The translations under genes and the position numbers were made by a program. Positions 51,516 through 63,849 of a DNA stretch of 64,000 nucleotides are shown piece by piece (the stretch's first letter is position 1; the number at the start of each line of letters is the position of its first letter). This DNA comes from Hemiscyllium ocellatum (Eukaryota), in assembly GCF_020745735.1 (NCBI RefSeq), contig NC_083409.1:29532048-29596047 (forward strand), read 5' to 3'. The notes beneath the pieces were generated by a model. That model did no database searches, was not told the origin of the DNA, and saw only the letters and a list, made by a program, of their open reading frames with translations.

Positions 51516-53984
51516 TTCTTGAAAGGCTCGAATACATTTTATGTATAGAAACAAACATGAGTGGAGAGTGGTGGACCATTGAGGCAGCTTTGTTGTGAGT
51601 TTTATAATTTTTTTTGTTCATTGTGAAGTTTGGAATAGTTGTACCATGAGTTAAGATAAAAAAGAGTTACTGTAGAGAAGATTGAAGTTCTGTTGTCTTT
51701 GCCACAGCTTCACTATCTGAACACAATATGAATAATCTTTATATTTACTGGTTGACTTGATCGCTTTTGATGTCTGCCTCTGTGCAGCTGTTGCCTTTGG
51801 TAGTTCCCTTCTAATTTCCATAACCTGCTCTGTTCACTGAACAGGTGATGTTTTAAAGAGCTTCTTGACTGAATTGAACGCTACTTGGGACTAAACTCCT
51901 CTTCCCTGAGTAGCAGCCAGCTTCATTTTTATGTTTTGTAATCTAACGAGAGATTCAACCTAGAGGTGGCATCTCCTGGTTTTCTGCAATAATTGTTCTT
52001 AATGTTGAACATGAACCACATCCAGGTTGGCTTCATGAAAGACACTTAATGCTTTGTTTGGAGTCTCAGGTAATTGTACTAAAATGAATTTTTTCTCTGT
52101 TGCATCTTGGCTGAATTGGCATTAAAAATGCCATTCGTTTTTTTTTTCATTGAGTGAAGTGGGTTGTATGTGATTCAAATTCACCATAGTGCTGGCCATC
52201 AAAATTATTAATCAATGAATGTTCACAGTGAAGCATTTGTCATTTAACTGCTATTGTGTTTGATGGGTTAAGTTCACCTCCAAGATAAGTTTTTGAGTTG
52301 ACTAATTGGATGGAGTTGATATATATTGTTGACAAGTCAATACCAGTGGAATTATGGGATGTGGGATTTTGTCTTTCAAATTTTGCACATGCTTTGATGG
52401 AAGTTCCTTTTCGTTTTGTGCTACTGAACAGCAAGTTACCAGGTTTTACTTCGACTGTGTTGCAGTCGAAGTAATATACCTTAGGTGAAGGAGATTTTAT
52501 TTTAAAACATCTGTTCCTTCTTTAGGTGACTACCAATGGCCTGAACAGTAGCTATATGCCTGAAGCCAAGATCTTGCACTTTCATGATTTCTTTTCTCAC
52601 TTATCGCATTCCTGACTAAGATAGCGAGCTAACAAATCAATACCATTACTCATACATGGAATGACCCTTTGGACAGGGTACTGGACACCTTTTGGAGCAG
52701 TGCTTAAATGTGAATATTGCCAAGGTAGAAGAATGTGAATGAAAATCGTGTAGAAGAATAGATTTTTAAATTGGAAATTTGCTTTGTTGTGTTGTGCTAA
52801 ATTGAGAATGAGCTGTACTCTATTAATAGTGCAACTTGGGAGGTCATTGCTGTACGTCAACTTGGGCTATGATGATATTTCTGGATATCTTCAGAATGTA
52901 AGTGTTGACCTTCACCTGCCAGAAGCCCTTTGGAATTCCAGGCCCCTGTGGAACAGGCATTTTAGCTTGCACATGGCCTTTATGGCACAGGAATAAATCT
53001 ACTCACGTGTTGAGTAACTCAGTACAATTCTGAATCCCATGTAGCCAAAATACAATCTTTCTGGCTCAAATGATTCTCATTTTATATTTTTTTCCTCATT
53101 TAATGCCACTTCATTCAGTTAAATCTTTTTGGACTTGAAACTTTCATCTATTTTGAAATTAGGATCTATAGTGCTAAAAATAACCTTTTGAAGTCTCTAT
53201 TTCATTCAGCAATTTTAGACTTGCAAGAGCATTGGGTTAACATTTGCAGAATTTTTTTGTGAACCAGCATATTGCTCCTTTCGTCCTGGCAGTGTGATCT
53301 TGTCTGGTTGAGTGACTATAGCGTCAGTCAAACTCCCAATTACAACAAAATGCTGCTCTTAATTAGGCAGTCTGCAGTCTTTGTAGCAGCTCTGACTGAC
53401 ACTGGTTAACAGAATTGCTTTTCTTCGGTTCTGTAAATGCCACCTTCAAAACTAGTGTTTCCAATATCTTTGTCTCCTCAACTGATAATTTCCCTGCACT
53501 GTTGTGTTCACTCCTTTCTGGAACTGCCAGAAGCCCAATTATGTTCTGTTACAGCAATGTTCACAATCAGTTGATCATCTTCCGTTTCAGCCATTGCCAA
53601 TGTGATGTCACTGTCAAACATATTACCCTTTCCCTCTTTCAGCATTCAGAAGACACAATGTCCCCTTTGACGCTATAGTTCATTCATTAATTGCCAACAC
53701 CCATTTTCCCCATTTCTGTGGCATTTTCCGTTGCTCAGAAGTAGATGCAACACCTTATTTAACTCAGAGATTGAGGGTTTGGGTCTCAATTCAGACCGAG
53801 CAGATGGATCAGGAGGTGCCATCTTTTGGATCAGCTATTAAACTCATGCTTTCTCTGCTTTATTAGGCAGAATTCAAAGATCCTGCGTTGCAATTTTGAA
53901 GAAGCAAAAGGGGGTCCTGAATGGCATGCAACTTTGAATCATCACGACAAAAACAGATTATTGGGCTTTAATTGCATGTTTTGA

Positions 53985-54360
53985 AAAAAAAATCCAAAGA
54001 ACTGCAGATGCTGGAAATAGGAAACAAAAGCAGAAATTGCTTGAAAATCTCAGCATGGAAAGAAAGGAGGTAAAAACAATGACTACAGATGCTGGAAACC
54101 AGATTCTGGATCAGTGGTGCTGGAAGAGCATAGCAGTTCAGGCAGCATCCAACAAGCAGCGAAATCAATGTTTCGGGCAAAAGCCCTTAATCAAGAATAA
54201 AGGCAGTGAGCCTGAAGCGTGGAGAGATAAGCTAGGGGAGGGTCGGGGTGGGGAGAGAGTAGAGTTGGATGCTGCCTGAACTGCTGTGCTCTTCCAGCAC
54301 CACTGATCCAGAAGCATGGAAAGAAAGCAGAGTCAACATTTCAGATCCAGTTACCCTTCT
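53985..54360 (-). mobile_element. Older Penelope pLTR (53985-54066 and 54313-54360)
   Basis: aactgcagatgctggaaat...aaaagcagaaattgcttgaaaatctcagca / aaagcagagtcaacatttcag...acccttct. Confidence 0.72.
54067..54312 (-). mobile_element. Fold-back Penelope pLTR mini-element with perfect 15-bp TSD; decayed hammerhead at 54163-54198
   Basis: TSD agcatggaaagaaag at 54052-54066 and 54313-54327; arm ~54264-54312 is the inverse of ~54101-54153. Confidence 0.88.
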
Positions 54361-54539
54361 CTTTGTTGTTGTCAGCTTGTTGCATAAAGTTGCCTGCTAT
54401 GCTTCCTACGTTACAGTGGTGACTCCAGTTCAGAAGTACTTGATTTGCTGTAAAGCTCTTTGGGTCCAGGTCCTGTGGTCATGAAAGATCCTATATAAAT
54501 ACAAGCCTTTCTTTTTCGCTCTTTCTTGTCCAGGGCCTG

Positions 54540-55210
54540 AACACTTTGTCCTAGATGCATTAGTGATTGAGTTGCCCTTCGTCCTCATTCATCATCGGTA
54601 TTTGTCACTCACAATAAAGTCTCTTCTTTAGAGGAGACCAAACACAAGTTGAGGTGAGTACTTAACTGAACTCATCTTGTCAGTGTGCAAGTGTGACTTT
54701 CAGTCACCTGCCAATTTAATATTTTATTCCACATACACTTGAATCTCCCTGTTTTTTGCTTTCATTATAACAATGTGGAAAGTAAATTTCAGCTGGAGGA
54801 ACAACATGTAAAATTTTGTTTGGTTTTTCAGTTTTCTTGCCTTCATATTGAGATCAAAAATTTAAGGTCATAATCAATTAACATTTTTCTGGGTAACTGC
54901 TTCCTTTCTTTGCTGGTGCCATTTGCAACTCCTTGAGACACATGTTATGTTCAGCAATCTGTCCAGTTACCAACCTGCTTTGCCTTGCTGCCTCTACCAT
55001 TTTGTCATTAAATCTTGTCTGACTTCCATCCTCTCACAGACTTCACTTTTTTCTTCCTTTCGGTCTCTTCCCCACTCCACTATTTCCTTGCCTTTGTACT
55101 CAATTAAAATCTGCTACATCACGGTACTAATGAGAGCTAAACTCAGCATCTGTTTCTATAAATGCTGATGACACATGTACTTCCATTGTTTTCTGTTTAT
55201 GTAACTTATT
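54540..55210 (+). mobile_element. Very old Penelope 3' end
   Basis: ggagaccaaacacaag (ETK), agctggaggaacaacat (LEEQH), decayed pLTR tail. Confidence 0.6.
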
Positions 55211-57599
55211 TTAAAATGTTCAAATGTTAAAGGAAAACTGATCTTTTGTTGTCCAGCTAGGTGTTTAATCGATTCACTGGGCAAAGATTTCTTGAAATGT
55301 TACATATGCAATTGAAAGGCAGAGGGAACTTGTGTGGGTTGCTTTTGTGAGAGTGAACTTCATGGCAGCAGAAAATAAACAGGAAGTGGTGTAGTGGGAC
55401 CTCTTTGTTCAGCAAGCCAGCAATTATGGCCAATGAAACCCAGTACTTCAGCACTGGTACTGGTATAGTAAAAGTTCACAATTGGAAGCTTAACTTAAAG
55501 TCAGCTTGCTGCACCTGACTTATACATTCAAACATAATGAAGATTGAACTTTAATCCAAGATAGAACAACGCCAAAATGTCCCATGTTATTTGAAGCTTT
55601 TCCTGTATATGTTCCATGTTTTCACAGAACTCCTGTGGCAGGTGTATTTTTAGTTACTGTTTTGTTAGACTGGCTACTGTCAGAGGAAGTGGTTGAGTTG
55701 GGAAACAGATGGCAGCTGTGATAGAAGAACAAACGATCAAGGCATACATTATGCTTTTGTCCTCCTTTTCCCTGCCTCCTTCCCAATTAAATCCATTAAT
55801 AACTTAACCCTAACCTGTATGTTTGCTCCAATTATAATGACATTTGCACGTTTCCAGCAAAGGAGGTAACCATATTAGAATGTTCTACTATGCACTGGAA
55901 ACTGTGTTCTCAGACCAGAAGTATTTTGACAGAGTTTTCTTAACAGTGTGTAATTGTTAGTTGGATATTTGGAGACGAGCCTGGAAGGGGCATGCTGCAA
56001 TCACTTCTCACGTTGCTTAAGCTCACTTGATGTTGGGTGAGTTGAGGCAAAAATGTTCAAATGCTCCAACATGAGCATGCCTTTGAAATGAGCCATCTTA
56101 TTTCATCAAACTCTTCTTGACCTGATAGGGAGGTTGCAATGAAGAGATATATACTCCCATTTAGTAGAAAAAGGTGACCAACAGTTTGAAAGGCCAATTT
56201 CAAGAACTGCGGCAAAAGAATGTGCCTGGTGTGCCCAGGAATACTGGGCATTTTAAAGCAACAAATTTATTCTAGTTATTTTTTTAGGAATATATAGCAG
56301 TATATTGACAAGTGCAATGTTAGTTCGAGTTTTCTGAAAGTATTATGTCAGGTGTTTGTGTCTGGTTTGGCTACTAGCAAGTTTTGTTTTCGTGGTAAAA
56401 TTGGAAATAACTTGGATTGGTGTCAGCCAGCTAACATCATCAAGGGAATGAATGAAACAAACTTGGTTACATGTCACATTGAATGTAGCTGCAGCTTTAG
56501 ATTGGGAATTAGTCAGATGCTAGCCCCTCGGGGAATAAATATTTTTGTTGCAGTATTTTTTTAAACTCATGACCATTGAGATAGACACTCCAATGCAAAC
56601 AGATTGGAAGCAGCAGGAGCATGGCCCCTGTGATGCTGCTGTCAGGTCTGTTCTGCTACAGCCACGGCTTAACAGATTTCAGCCAGCAGGAAGCTTTTTA
56701 TAAGGAGTTTGGTATTCATTGATCTATTATTTTTTCAATGAGGGTATAAATGTCGCATTTCTGTAAATATTTTATTGTAGGGAGCTTGGAATACAATAGC
56801 CTGGGATTGGAGATGGAGAAGCAACTGTGGACTACTTTGTACTGCACACTCAGCTAGTCCCATGAGGTCAACCCATTGAAGAGTGAGCTAGTATTTATAA
56901 GAATGGGTCACTCTTGGCTTGTTCCAAAAACCATGCATTTTTCTCTAAAGCCTCCAACCTGAGGGCACGACAGGAATATTTGGTGTGATTTTATAATTCT
57001 TTGATGGAAAGGACAAATGCACAAGATGCAGCATAAAATCATGAAGAATTATACCAAGATGAGATGCTATATTTATGACAGAACTTCTAATTAAGTTCAG
57101 CAGAGCAGAGATAAAAGAGAAAAGATTTAAGAGAAAAGTTACAAATTTTTGAAGGGTTTGAATGATTGCTGATGAGGCACATGGTGAAAATTGGTGCTAA
57201 TTGCTAAATTTTGGAAAAATATTTTCATTATTGATATGCATAATGCATTAAATAACAATCAAAGTTTCATCAATTATAATGTGGAATTAAATTCAAATGA
57301 AAGAGAAGATGGGATTAATTACGTAGCTGCATACATGTAAGCAAAGCATAGCAAATGGTCAAGTTTGATTCTGTGATCCTGTGCTGTCTTTTCAGAGCGT
57401 CACTGTGGCATCCAAGCAGGAATAGAATGTATGAAGTGTCACAGACGGTCAATAAAAAAGCTCAGTCTGTAATTTAAAACACTCCCCCAAAACATGTTTT
57501 TGAGGTAGTTTTCTTTGATCATTGAAATACATCTTCACATAAATGATGAGTAACTTTTGTATAAGTCAAATAAATAGTGAATTTAAAAAAATTGCTTTT

Positions 57600-60122
57600 C
57601 TGAGGATAACTGGGGAGAAGGTTGGACCACTCAGAAATGAAGGGAGGAACTTGTGCTTGGAGGCACAGGATGTGGGTTGAAATCCTAAATGAGTACTTTG
57701 CATTGTTAGTCATCTAGCAGAAGGATATGGAGGATAGTGAGATTTGTGTGGAGCGTGCTCATGTGCTAGGGCATTTTGAGATCAAGATAGAAGTGGTGTT
57801 GGAGCTCTTGAAGAGCTTTGAGGTGGATAAGTCTCCCAGGGCCTGATGATATTTACCTCATCAGGTTATTGAGAGAGGTAAGAGAGGAGATTGCTGAGGC
57901 CTTAACCAAGGTCTTTGCATCCTTAACCAGAAGAGAAAATGCTGGAAAATCTCAGCAGGTCTGGCAGCATCTGTAAGGAGAGAAAAGAGCTGACGTTTTG
58001 AGTGAACTGACCCTTTGTCAAAGTTGAGGGCAGGAAATTGTTCTGGTGGGGGTGTCCAATTAGAGGTGGAATGTTGGAGGGATGTGAAAGGATCTGTGGA
58101 GTGGAGGGAGGACTCTTGCCCAAAGAAGTGAGCACAAAGGCAATGGAAGAAGAGTTCAGCATCATGTCGAGCCCGGAATTCATTGAGGTGGGGACGTAAG
58201 GGTACAAAACTGAGTCCTTTGCTGAGAACAGCACGCTCAGCCTCAGAGGGGGGAAGGTCAGAGGGTATGGTGAACACACGGCAAGGGCTGAGGCTGGAAG
58301 AGTTGGGGTTCGAGGGATTGGGACTGTTGGAAGGTGGAGGTTGGGCAGGGGTGTGGATGAGAAGTTGAAGCTTGCTTCCTTAACATCTGCAAGAAACATG
58401 AAAAGTTTGAAGTTAAGGTGTCAAATAATATGAAGGATGAAATGAAACTGTGGACCAGGACAACTTTGAGAGAGAGTAAGTTGGTGCTGCTGGAGAGAGG
58501 TGTCAAGTGCTTTCATGTGGCGGCACATGGCCCTGAGTGTGGCTTTTAGGATGCGGGGAGAACAGCAGTTGGAAAAATGTTGTAAATTGTGCAAGTACCT
58601 GTAATCCTGTCGGCTGCATGCAGGATGGAATTTGAGTTGAAATCTACGTGGAGTAAGTCGGAGGCAAAGACAGTCACTGAGGAAGGATCTTTGTATCCTT
58701 GCTAGCTACTATAAGACTGGCAAGTAGCTAATGTTGTTCCTCTGTTCAAGAAGGGGAATAGGGATAATCCAGGAAACTATAGACTGGTGAGTCTCACATC
58801 AGTGGTTGGGAAGCTATTGGAGAGAATTCTTATCGATAGGATTTACATGTGTTTGGAAAAGCATGGCTTAGTTAGGGACAGTCAGCATGGCTTTGTGCAG
58901 GGCAGGTCATGTCTTACTAACTTGATTGAAATTTTCAGGTGATCATGAAGGTATCAATGAGGGTAGAGCAGTGGATGTGGTTTACATGGATTTTAGTAAG
59001 GCTTTTGACAAGGTCTGTCAAGGTAGGCTCATCCTAAAGGTTAAGATGCATGTAGTCCACGGTGACATGGCCATGTGGATTCAGAATTGGCTTGCTCACA
59101 GAAGACAGGATAGTGGTGAAAGGGTGTTTTTCAGGTTGGAAGTCCATGACTAGTGATGTTCTGTACTGGGACCTCTGCTGTTTGTGTTATATATAAATGA
59201 CTTAGATTAAAAAATAGATGGGCAGGTTGGTATGTTTGCAGACAAAACAAAGATCTGAGGCATTGTAGTTAGTGTAGAAGGTTGTCAAAAGGATACAGTT
59301 GCAGATATGGACGGAGAAATGGCATATGCAGTTTAATCCAGGTAGGTGAGAGGTGTTGCACTTTGGGAGATCAAATGTTAAGGAAAAGTATGTAGGTAAT
59401 CTGAACAGCATTGATGTACAGACGAATCTTGGGGTTCAAATTCATAGTTCCTTGAAAGTGACCACACAAATAGATAGTGTGGTAAAGAAGAAATATGGCA
59501 TGCTTGCCTTTATTGGTTGGGGGAATTGTTTACAAGAGTCACCAATGTCCTGTTGCAGCTTTATAAGACATAGGTTAGACCGCACTTGAGAGTATTGCGT
59601 TCAATTCTCGTTGCTTCATTACAAGTAGGGTAAGGAGGTTTTGGAGAGGGTGCAGAAGAGATTTATCAGGATGCTGCCTGGCTGAGAGGGTATGAGCTAT
59701 AAGGAGAAGTTAGAAAAACTTAGGTTTTTTTCTTGAGTGTTCAAGGCTGTGGGGAGACTTGACAAAAATCTATAAAATTATGAGATGCATAGATAGAGTT
59801 GTTGGTCAGAATCTTTTACCCAGACTTCAAATATCTAATACTAGAGGGCATGTGTTTAAGGTGAGAGGGAGAAATTTCAAAGGAGACATGAGAGGCAAGT
59901 TTTTTACAGAGAAGCAGGAGTGTGGAACGTACTGCCAGGGTGGTGGTGGAGGCAAATACGATAAGGGTGTTTATAGGACTTTTAGATAAGCATATGAATA
60001 TGCAAGGAGTGGAGGGATATGGACCAAGGGCAGGTAGAAAGGTTTAATTTCATTTGGTGTCATGTTTGGTACAAGATAATGGGCTGAGGGTCTCATTCCT
60101 GTGCTGTTTGGTTCTATGTTTA
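57600..60122 (+). mobile_element. CR1 LINE ORF2 RT half + tail, interrupted by Penelope
   Basis: ILNEYFA; ANVVPLFKKG; NYRLVSLTSVVGK; VDVVYMDFSKAFDKV; MFADKTK; tail gtgctgtttggttctatg. Confidence 0.93.
57925..58687 (-). mobile_element. Internally deleted Penelope element (pre-RT ORF region fused to pLTR) with 13-bp TSD
   Basis: VFTIPSDLPPSEAERAVLSKGLSFVP...HDAELFF (Penelope pre-RT motif); TSD tctttg(c/t)atcctt at 57912-57924 and 58688-58700; decayed hammerhead at 57988-58024. Confidence 0.88.
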
Positions 60123-60379
60123 TAATTGCTTCTGACCAGATAACAGAAGTTACAGTAATAAAAAAAATACAGGAAATACTCAGAATATCAGGCAGCATCT
60201 GTGCTGAGAAACCTCAGTAAGAAGTGGCCAGCAGAGGATGGAGCTCCAGAGAGTTTAATGAGTACTTTGTAGATTTTCATTCAGTCCCAAAAAATTGTTT
60301 CTGCAAGATCTGTTTTTAGTACTGAATTAATTGAATCAAAAAAAGAATGAAGAGCTGAAGCAAATATTTTGACTTGAAT

Positions 60380-60750
60380 GAAGTAAAGATAAAAACCTAC
60401 ATGTATGTTTATATGACCACAGGACATCCTAAAACACTTAACAGCCATTGAAATACTTTGAAGTGTCGTCACTGTTGTAAGTTAGGAGATGTGACAACCA
60501 GTTTACCTCGGGCAACTTCTTACAAACAGAAATTTGATAGTCACCTGAAAATGCATTGCTATGATATTGATTTAAGGGATCATATGGTGATAACTTCCCT
60601 TCTCTTTGAGAAAGTGCTCACAGAACATTTTTCATTCGTCAAGTGAGTGACTTGGTTTAAAATCACATTGAATTATAGCTTCCCCAACAATTTTATTTCT
60701 CCCTAATACTGCACCGGACTATTAGCTTTGACTTTGTGCTCAAGTCCAAG
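60380..60750 (-). mobile_element. DeuSINE (SacSINE1-like)
   Basis: Reverse tail acaggacatcctaaaacacttaacagccattgaaatactttgaagtg; head-side ttgactttgtgctcaagtcc. Confidence 0.7.
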
Positions 60751-62484
60751 ATTTGTTTGAAAAGAAATGGGGACACGTGTTGTGATTTGAAGAATGTTGG
60801 ACTCGATGTTTTTGACCTAGGTTTGTGTTCTTTTACAAGATGTCTCTTTTCTACTCACAATATAAACCAATCTTAATTGGATTTGACAGAGAAGCAGAAA
60901 CGTCTGTTGGTTTGACAAGTAAGATGAGTACAAGCTTGTGACATGGATCTGCTAAGAAGGAAAATGTTGGTAATTCCTTTGGCATGAAAGATTTACTTGA
61001 ATTGTTTGTCTCCGAGTTCATATTTTTCAGCATAGTTATGATAACAGTAAGAAATTCAGGACTAAATGTGATATCCTGTTAACTTATCCCTTTTGGCCCT
61101 TGATCATGGAGGTGTTTATGGTTATTGGTGGACAATTCTAGATGGGCTAGCAACCTTTGACTTTGAGTCCAGTCTGAGCGGTGACAGATTATTTTACCAT
61201 GGATGACATGACAATTGTATCTGATCCTCATTTATTATTTGTGCTTTTAAACTTTCAGGAGCTTTTACTGAGTAACATGAAGCACAGTATCAGAGTTCTC
61301 ATGACCCTATTACTATCCTGACTTCGAGCGAAAGACTGGTGAGGACAATTCCAGTGTAGCCACTATAGCTTAACTCTCACATCTGCTTGTCTTAATAAAA
61401 TAAGAATTTAACTTTGCGTCTTCTGGCTTCTCTGGCAGTATGCCATATTTAGTACTGTCCGTACTTATTAGTTTGAGCAGTCTGGGAGGGAGGCTTCAAT
61501 ATAACTTGCCATTTTTGATGTGCAGTTTAGTTTCCTCTTGAATTTTTTTTATGTTTAGTTTTTGCATAAGTTAAGTTTATCACATAAGTGCACTCATGAG
61601 AAAATCACCTAGCACATTTAATCAATCTTTTAAAAACTGCTTGTTTTCTTTTGTCTTCTGCAAAGGTTGCTATTACAGATCTTTAAAGGAAACCTTATTT
61701 TCTCTCCTCCCCCATCCTTTCAGTTATATTCACCCCTCAAGCCCAGTGATTACACTGAGTTTGTCTTTTGGTAACTCAGTTCATGCTGACCATTTGACCT
61801 TAATTAACTGGTGGTAGTATTAACTTGTGTAGGTAATCAAAGAAATCGTTTGAACAATTACACTTGAATACTTGCATCAATAAAGTTTTCATGATGGAAG
61901 TAGATCATTGAAATGGATCTCAGAGAACCATGACAAACGCCTTGCAGAATGGGCAAACTCATTTTTGTTTACTTTTGGCCATGGTAGAACTGACTAAATG
62001 TTTGGTCAATGAAGGAAGTTGCAATGAAATTACCTCTTCTCCTTATTCCATGAGTTGTTGCTGAGAAAAGTTGTTTCTCGAGCCCATGATAAAGAACAGA
62101 AGTTATTTTTGTCTTGTGAATATTGCAATTTAATTCATTTAGGGAATGCTTAAGTCTGAACATGGAGCCTACACTCCTAATTATTCAAAACAAGTAACAA
62201 TACTGTGACAACCAGGGCTCACGCTGCTTGGTTTACAGCTGGTATTCTCTAGACTCTTTTATTCTGACTCTTTCAAGAGATGAGTTAGTGTAAATATTGG
62301 GTCTTGTCTTCACGGTTTTGCCACACTGGTTGCCTGTAAAGCCTCTGAGAAACATTCTGCTAAATTTTAGGGGAAATCTGTTTCTTATGAGCACCTGTTA
62401 GTTTTGCAGACTTTCGGTTGATCGATTTAGGTCTAAAACTGCGGTTGCCTGAAATGTTCAAAATCAACTTCCTTTCTAATTGTA

Positions 62485-62654
62485 ATACAACGTCAAGGAG
62501 CAGCTCAATAGGAAGTGGTTGTGACGTGTATGTGCATCTTCACACGGAAATCTGAAGCTGTGTTGTTCAAGCTGTGACTTTTTAGCTTGATGCTGTATAC
62601 TATGTTTTAATTTGAATTTGAGAAGGCCAGACTTAAATTTTGTACATTTGAAAG
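62485..62654 (+). promoter_or_regulatory. Candidate promoter/5' UTR of the downstream exon
   Basis: ACGTCA (~62491), GGAAGT (62511), TGACGT (62522), CGGAAA (~62545) clustered in unique sequence with retained CpGs. Confidence 0.4.
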
Positions 62655-63219
62655 ATGAGTGTGTTCAGAAAACAAGTTTCCTCTTCTCGTGGTGAATACA
62701 GAAGATCCCTCTCGGACTCAGCTCATTGTGATAGGAATCCCAACAGTCTGAGTGCTTATCAGTGGCGCACACCTTCAAAACCAAAATGGAAAATTTACAA
62801 GCGGGCCCACTCGGAGCCTTTGAAACCAAATATTGCTTATAAATGGCACTCTGCCTCGGGTTTCTCGTGGACCACTAGCAGACGGATTTTTTCTGACTTG
62901 AATAACACCAGTTTATCAGACCAGGATCAGCCAAAATCAGCTAAGCCTCACCTTAAAAACACTGGATCAGATGATGTTCTGGAACAGTCTCCTGCCCAGG
63001 TGGTGCAAGCAGGTGCCAAACTCTCAATAATCCCATATCATAGATCAATTTCTGAACCTGGTTGCTCTTCACACATTGAGAAACCACCTTTGAGACAAGT
63101 CCACTCAGATGCTGAGCAGAGAATTGATTTTATGCGTGGTTTCTTCACTACGGTATCGAACCGGCTTTCAAAACTATTGAGGCACAAAGAAGAACCAGAT
63201 GTGGATTCAGTCCAGGAAG
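62655..63219 (+). CDS. Candidate coding first exon (188 codons + 1 nt); Ser/Arg/Lys-rich, probably disordered N-terminus of an unidentified host protein
   Basis: Longest ORF in the window and not repeat-like; true ATG with A at -3; AAG|GTAATA donor after 63219, shortly before the in-frame stop at 63249-63251; repeated RxxS(D/EP) motifs. Confidence 0.68.
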
Positions 63220-63849
63220 GTAATATGTCTCAAGATGCCTGGCTGCTTTAGGCAGATGTTGATAACTTGTGAGTTATGAAAGGCAATCACATTTTAATTG
63301 GTGAAATGCAATGTTTAAGAAAGGCATTGAAGGAGGAGAAATAGATCTGTGGGCACCCTACACTCCTAAAGGTTCAGAAGCTGGAGAAACTGGTGCTGTA
63401 TTTTTGGGACAAATCACCACTACTAAAAATATGATTCTGTTCTTTGATTGCATTGTGGTCCAGTGTTCACTTTTGGTTTCCCCACATGGAAGTTAATATT
63501 GGGGTTCTGGAAAGAGAATATAATTGGGCCATGAGATGGTTACCCAGCTTGAAGCGTCTTGCTTATCAAGATGTTTGAAGAGCAACAAAAGAGAAATTTC
63601 CTCACCGAGAGAGTGGTGAGTCTGTGAAATTGTCTGCTCCAGAAAGTTATTGTGGCCAAACATGAATGTTTTCAAGGTGCTGGATATGGTTGTTAGGGCT
63701 AAAGGAATGTGGAAAAAACAGAAACAGGATATTGAGTTAAGTGAACAGCCACTACCACATGATGAAGCAGAATCAAAGCATTGCATGGTCTACTGCTGTT
63801 CCTATTTTCTGTGTTAAGTGCTAGAACTGGCCATTTGAGGATAATTTAG

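Larger units (their letters stand above)
53730..54515 (+). mobile_element. SacSINE1/AmnSINE1-like DeuSINE split by nested Penelope pLTRs
   Basis: Deu-like ggaggtgccatcttttggat...aaagatcc...tttgaagaagc...aaaaacagattat; tail resumes at ~54360 and ends tatataaatacaagcctttctt. Confidence 0.7.

Noticed and set aside
52830-52897. Possible small exon ending at GTAAGT
   Set aside because: Weak acceptor and unrecognisable peptide; such signals are expected by chance in 64 kb.
54630-54660. Apparent micro-exon (tttag...GAG|GTGAGT)
   Set aside because: Lies in a decayed Penelope GIY-YIG segment; no independent support.
55803-55816. Telomere-like taaccctaacc
   Set aside because: Under two full units; chance.
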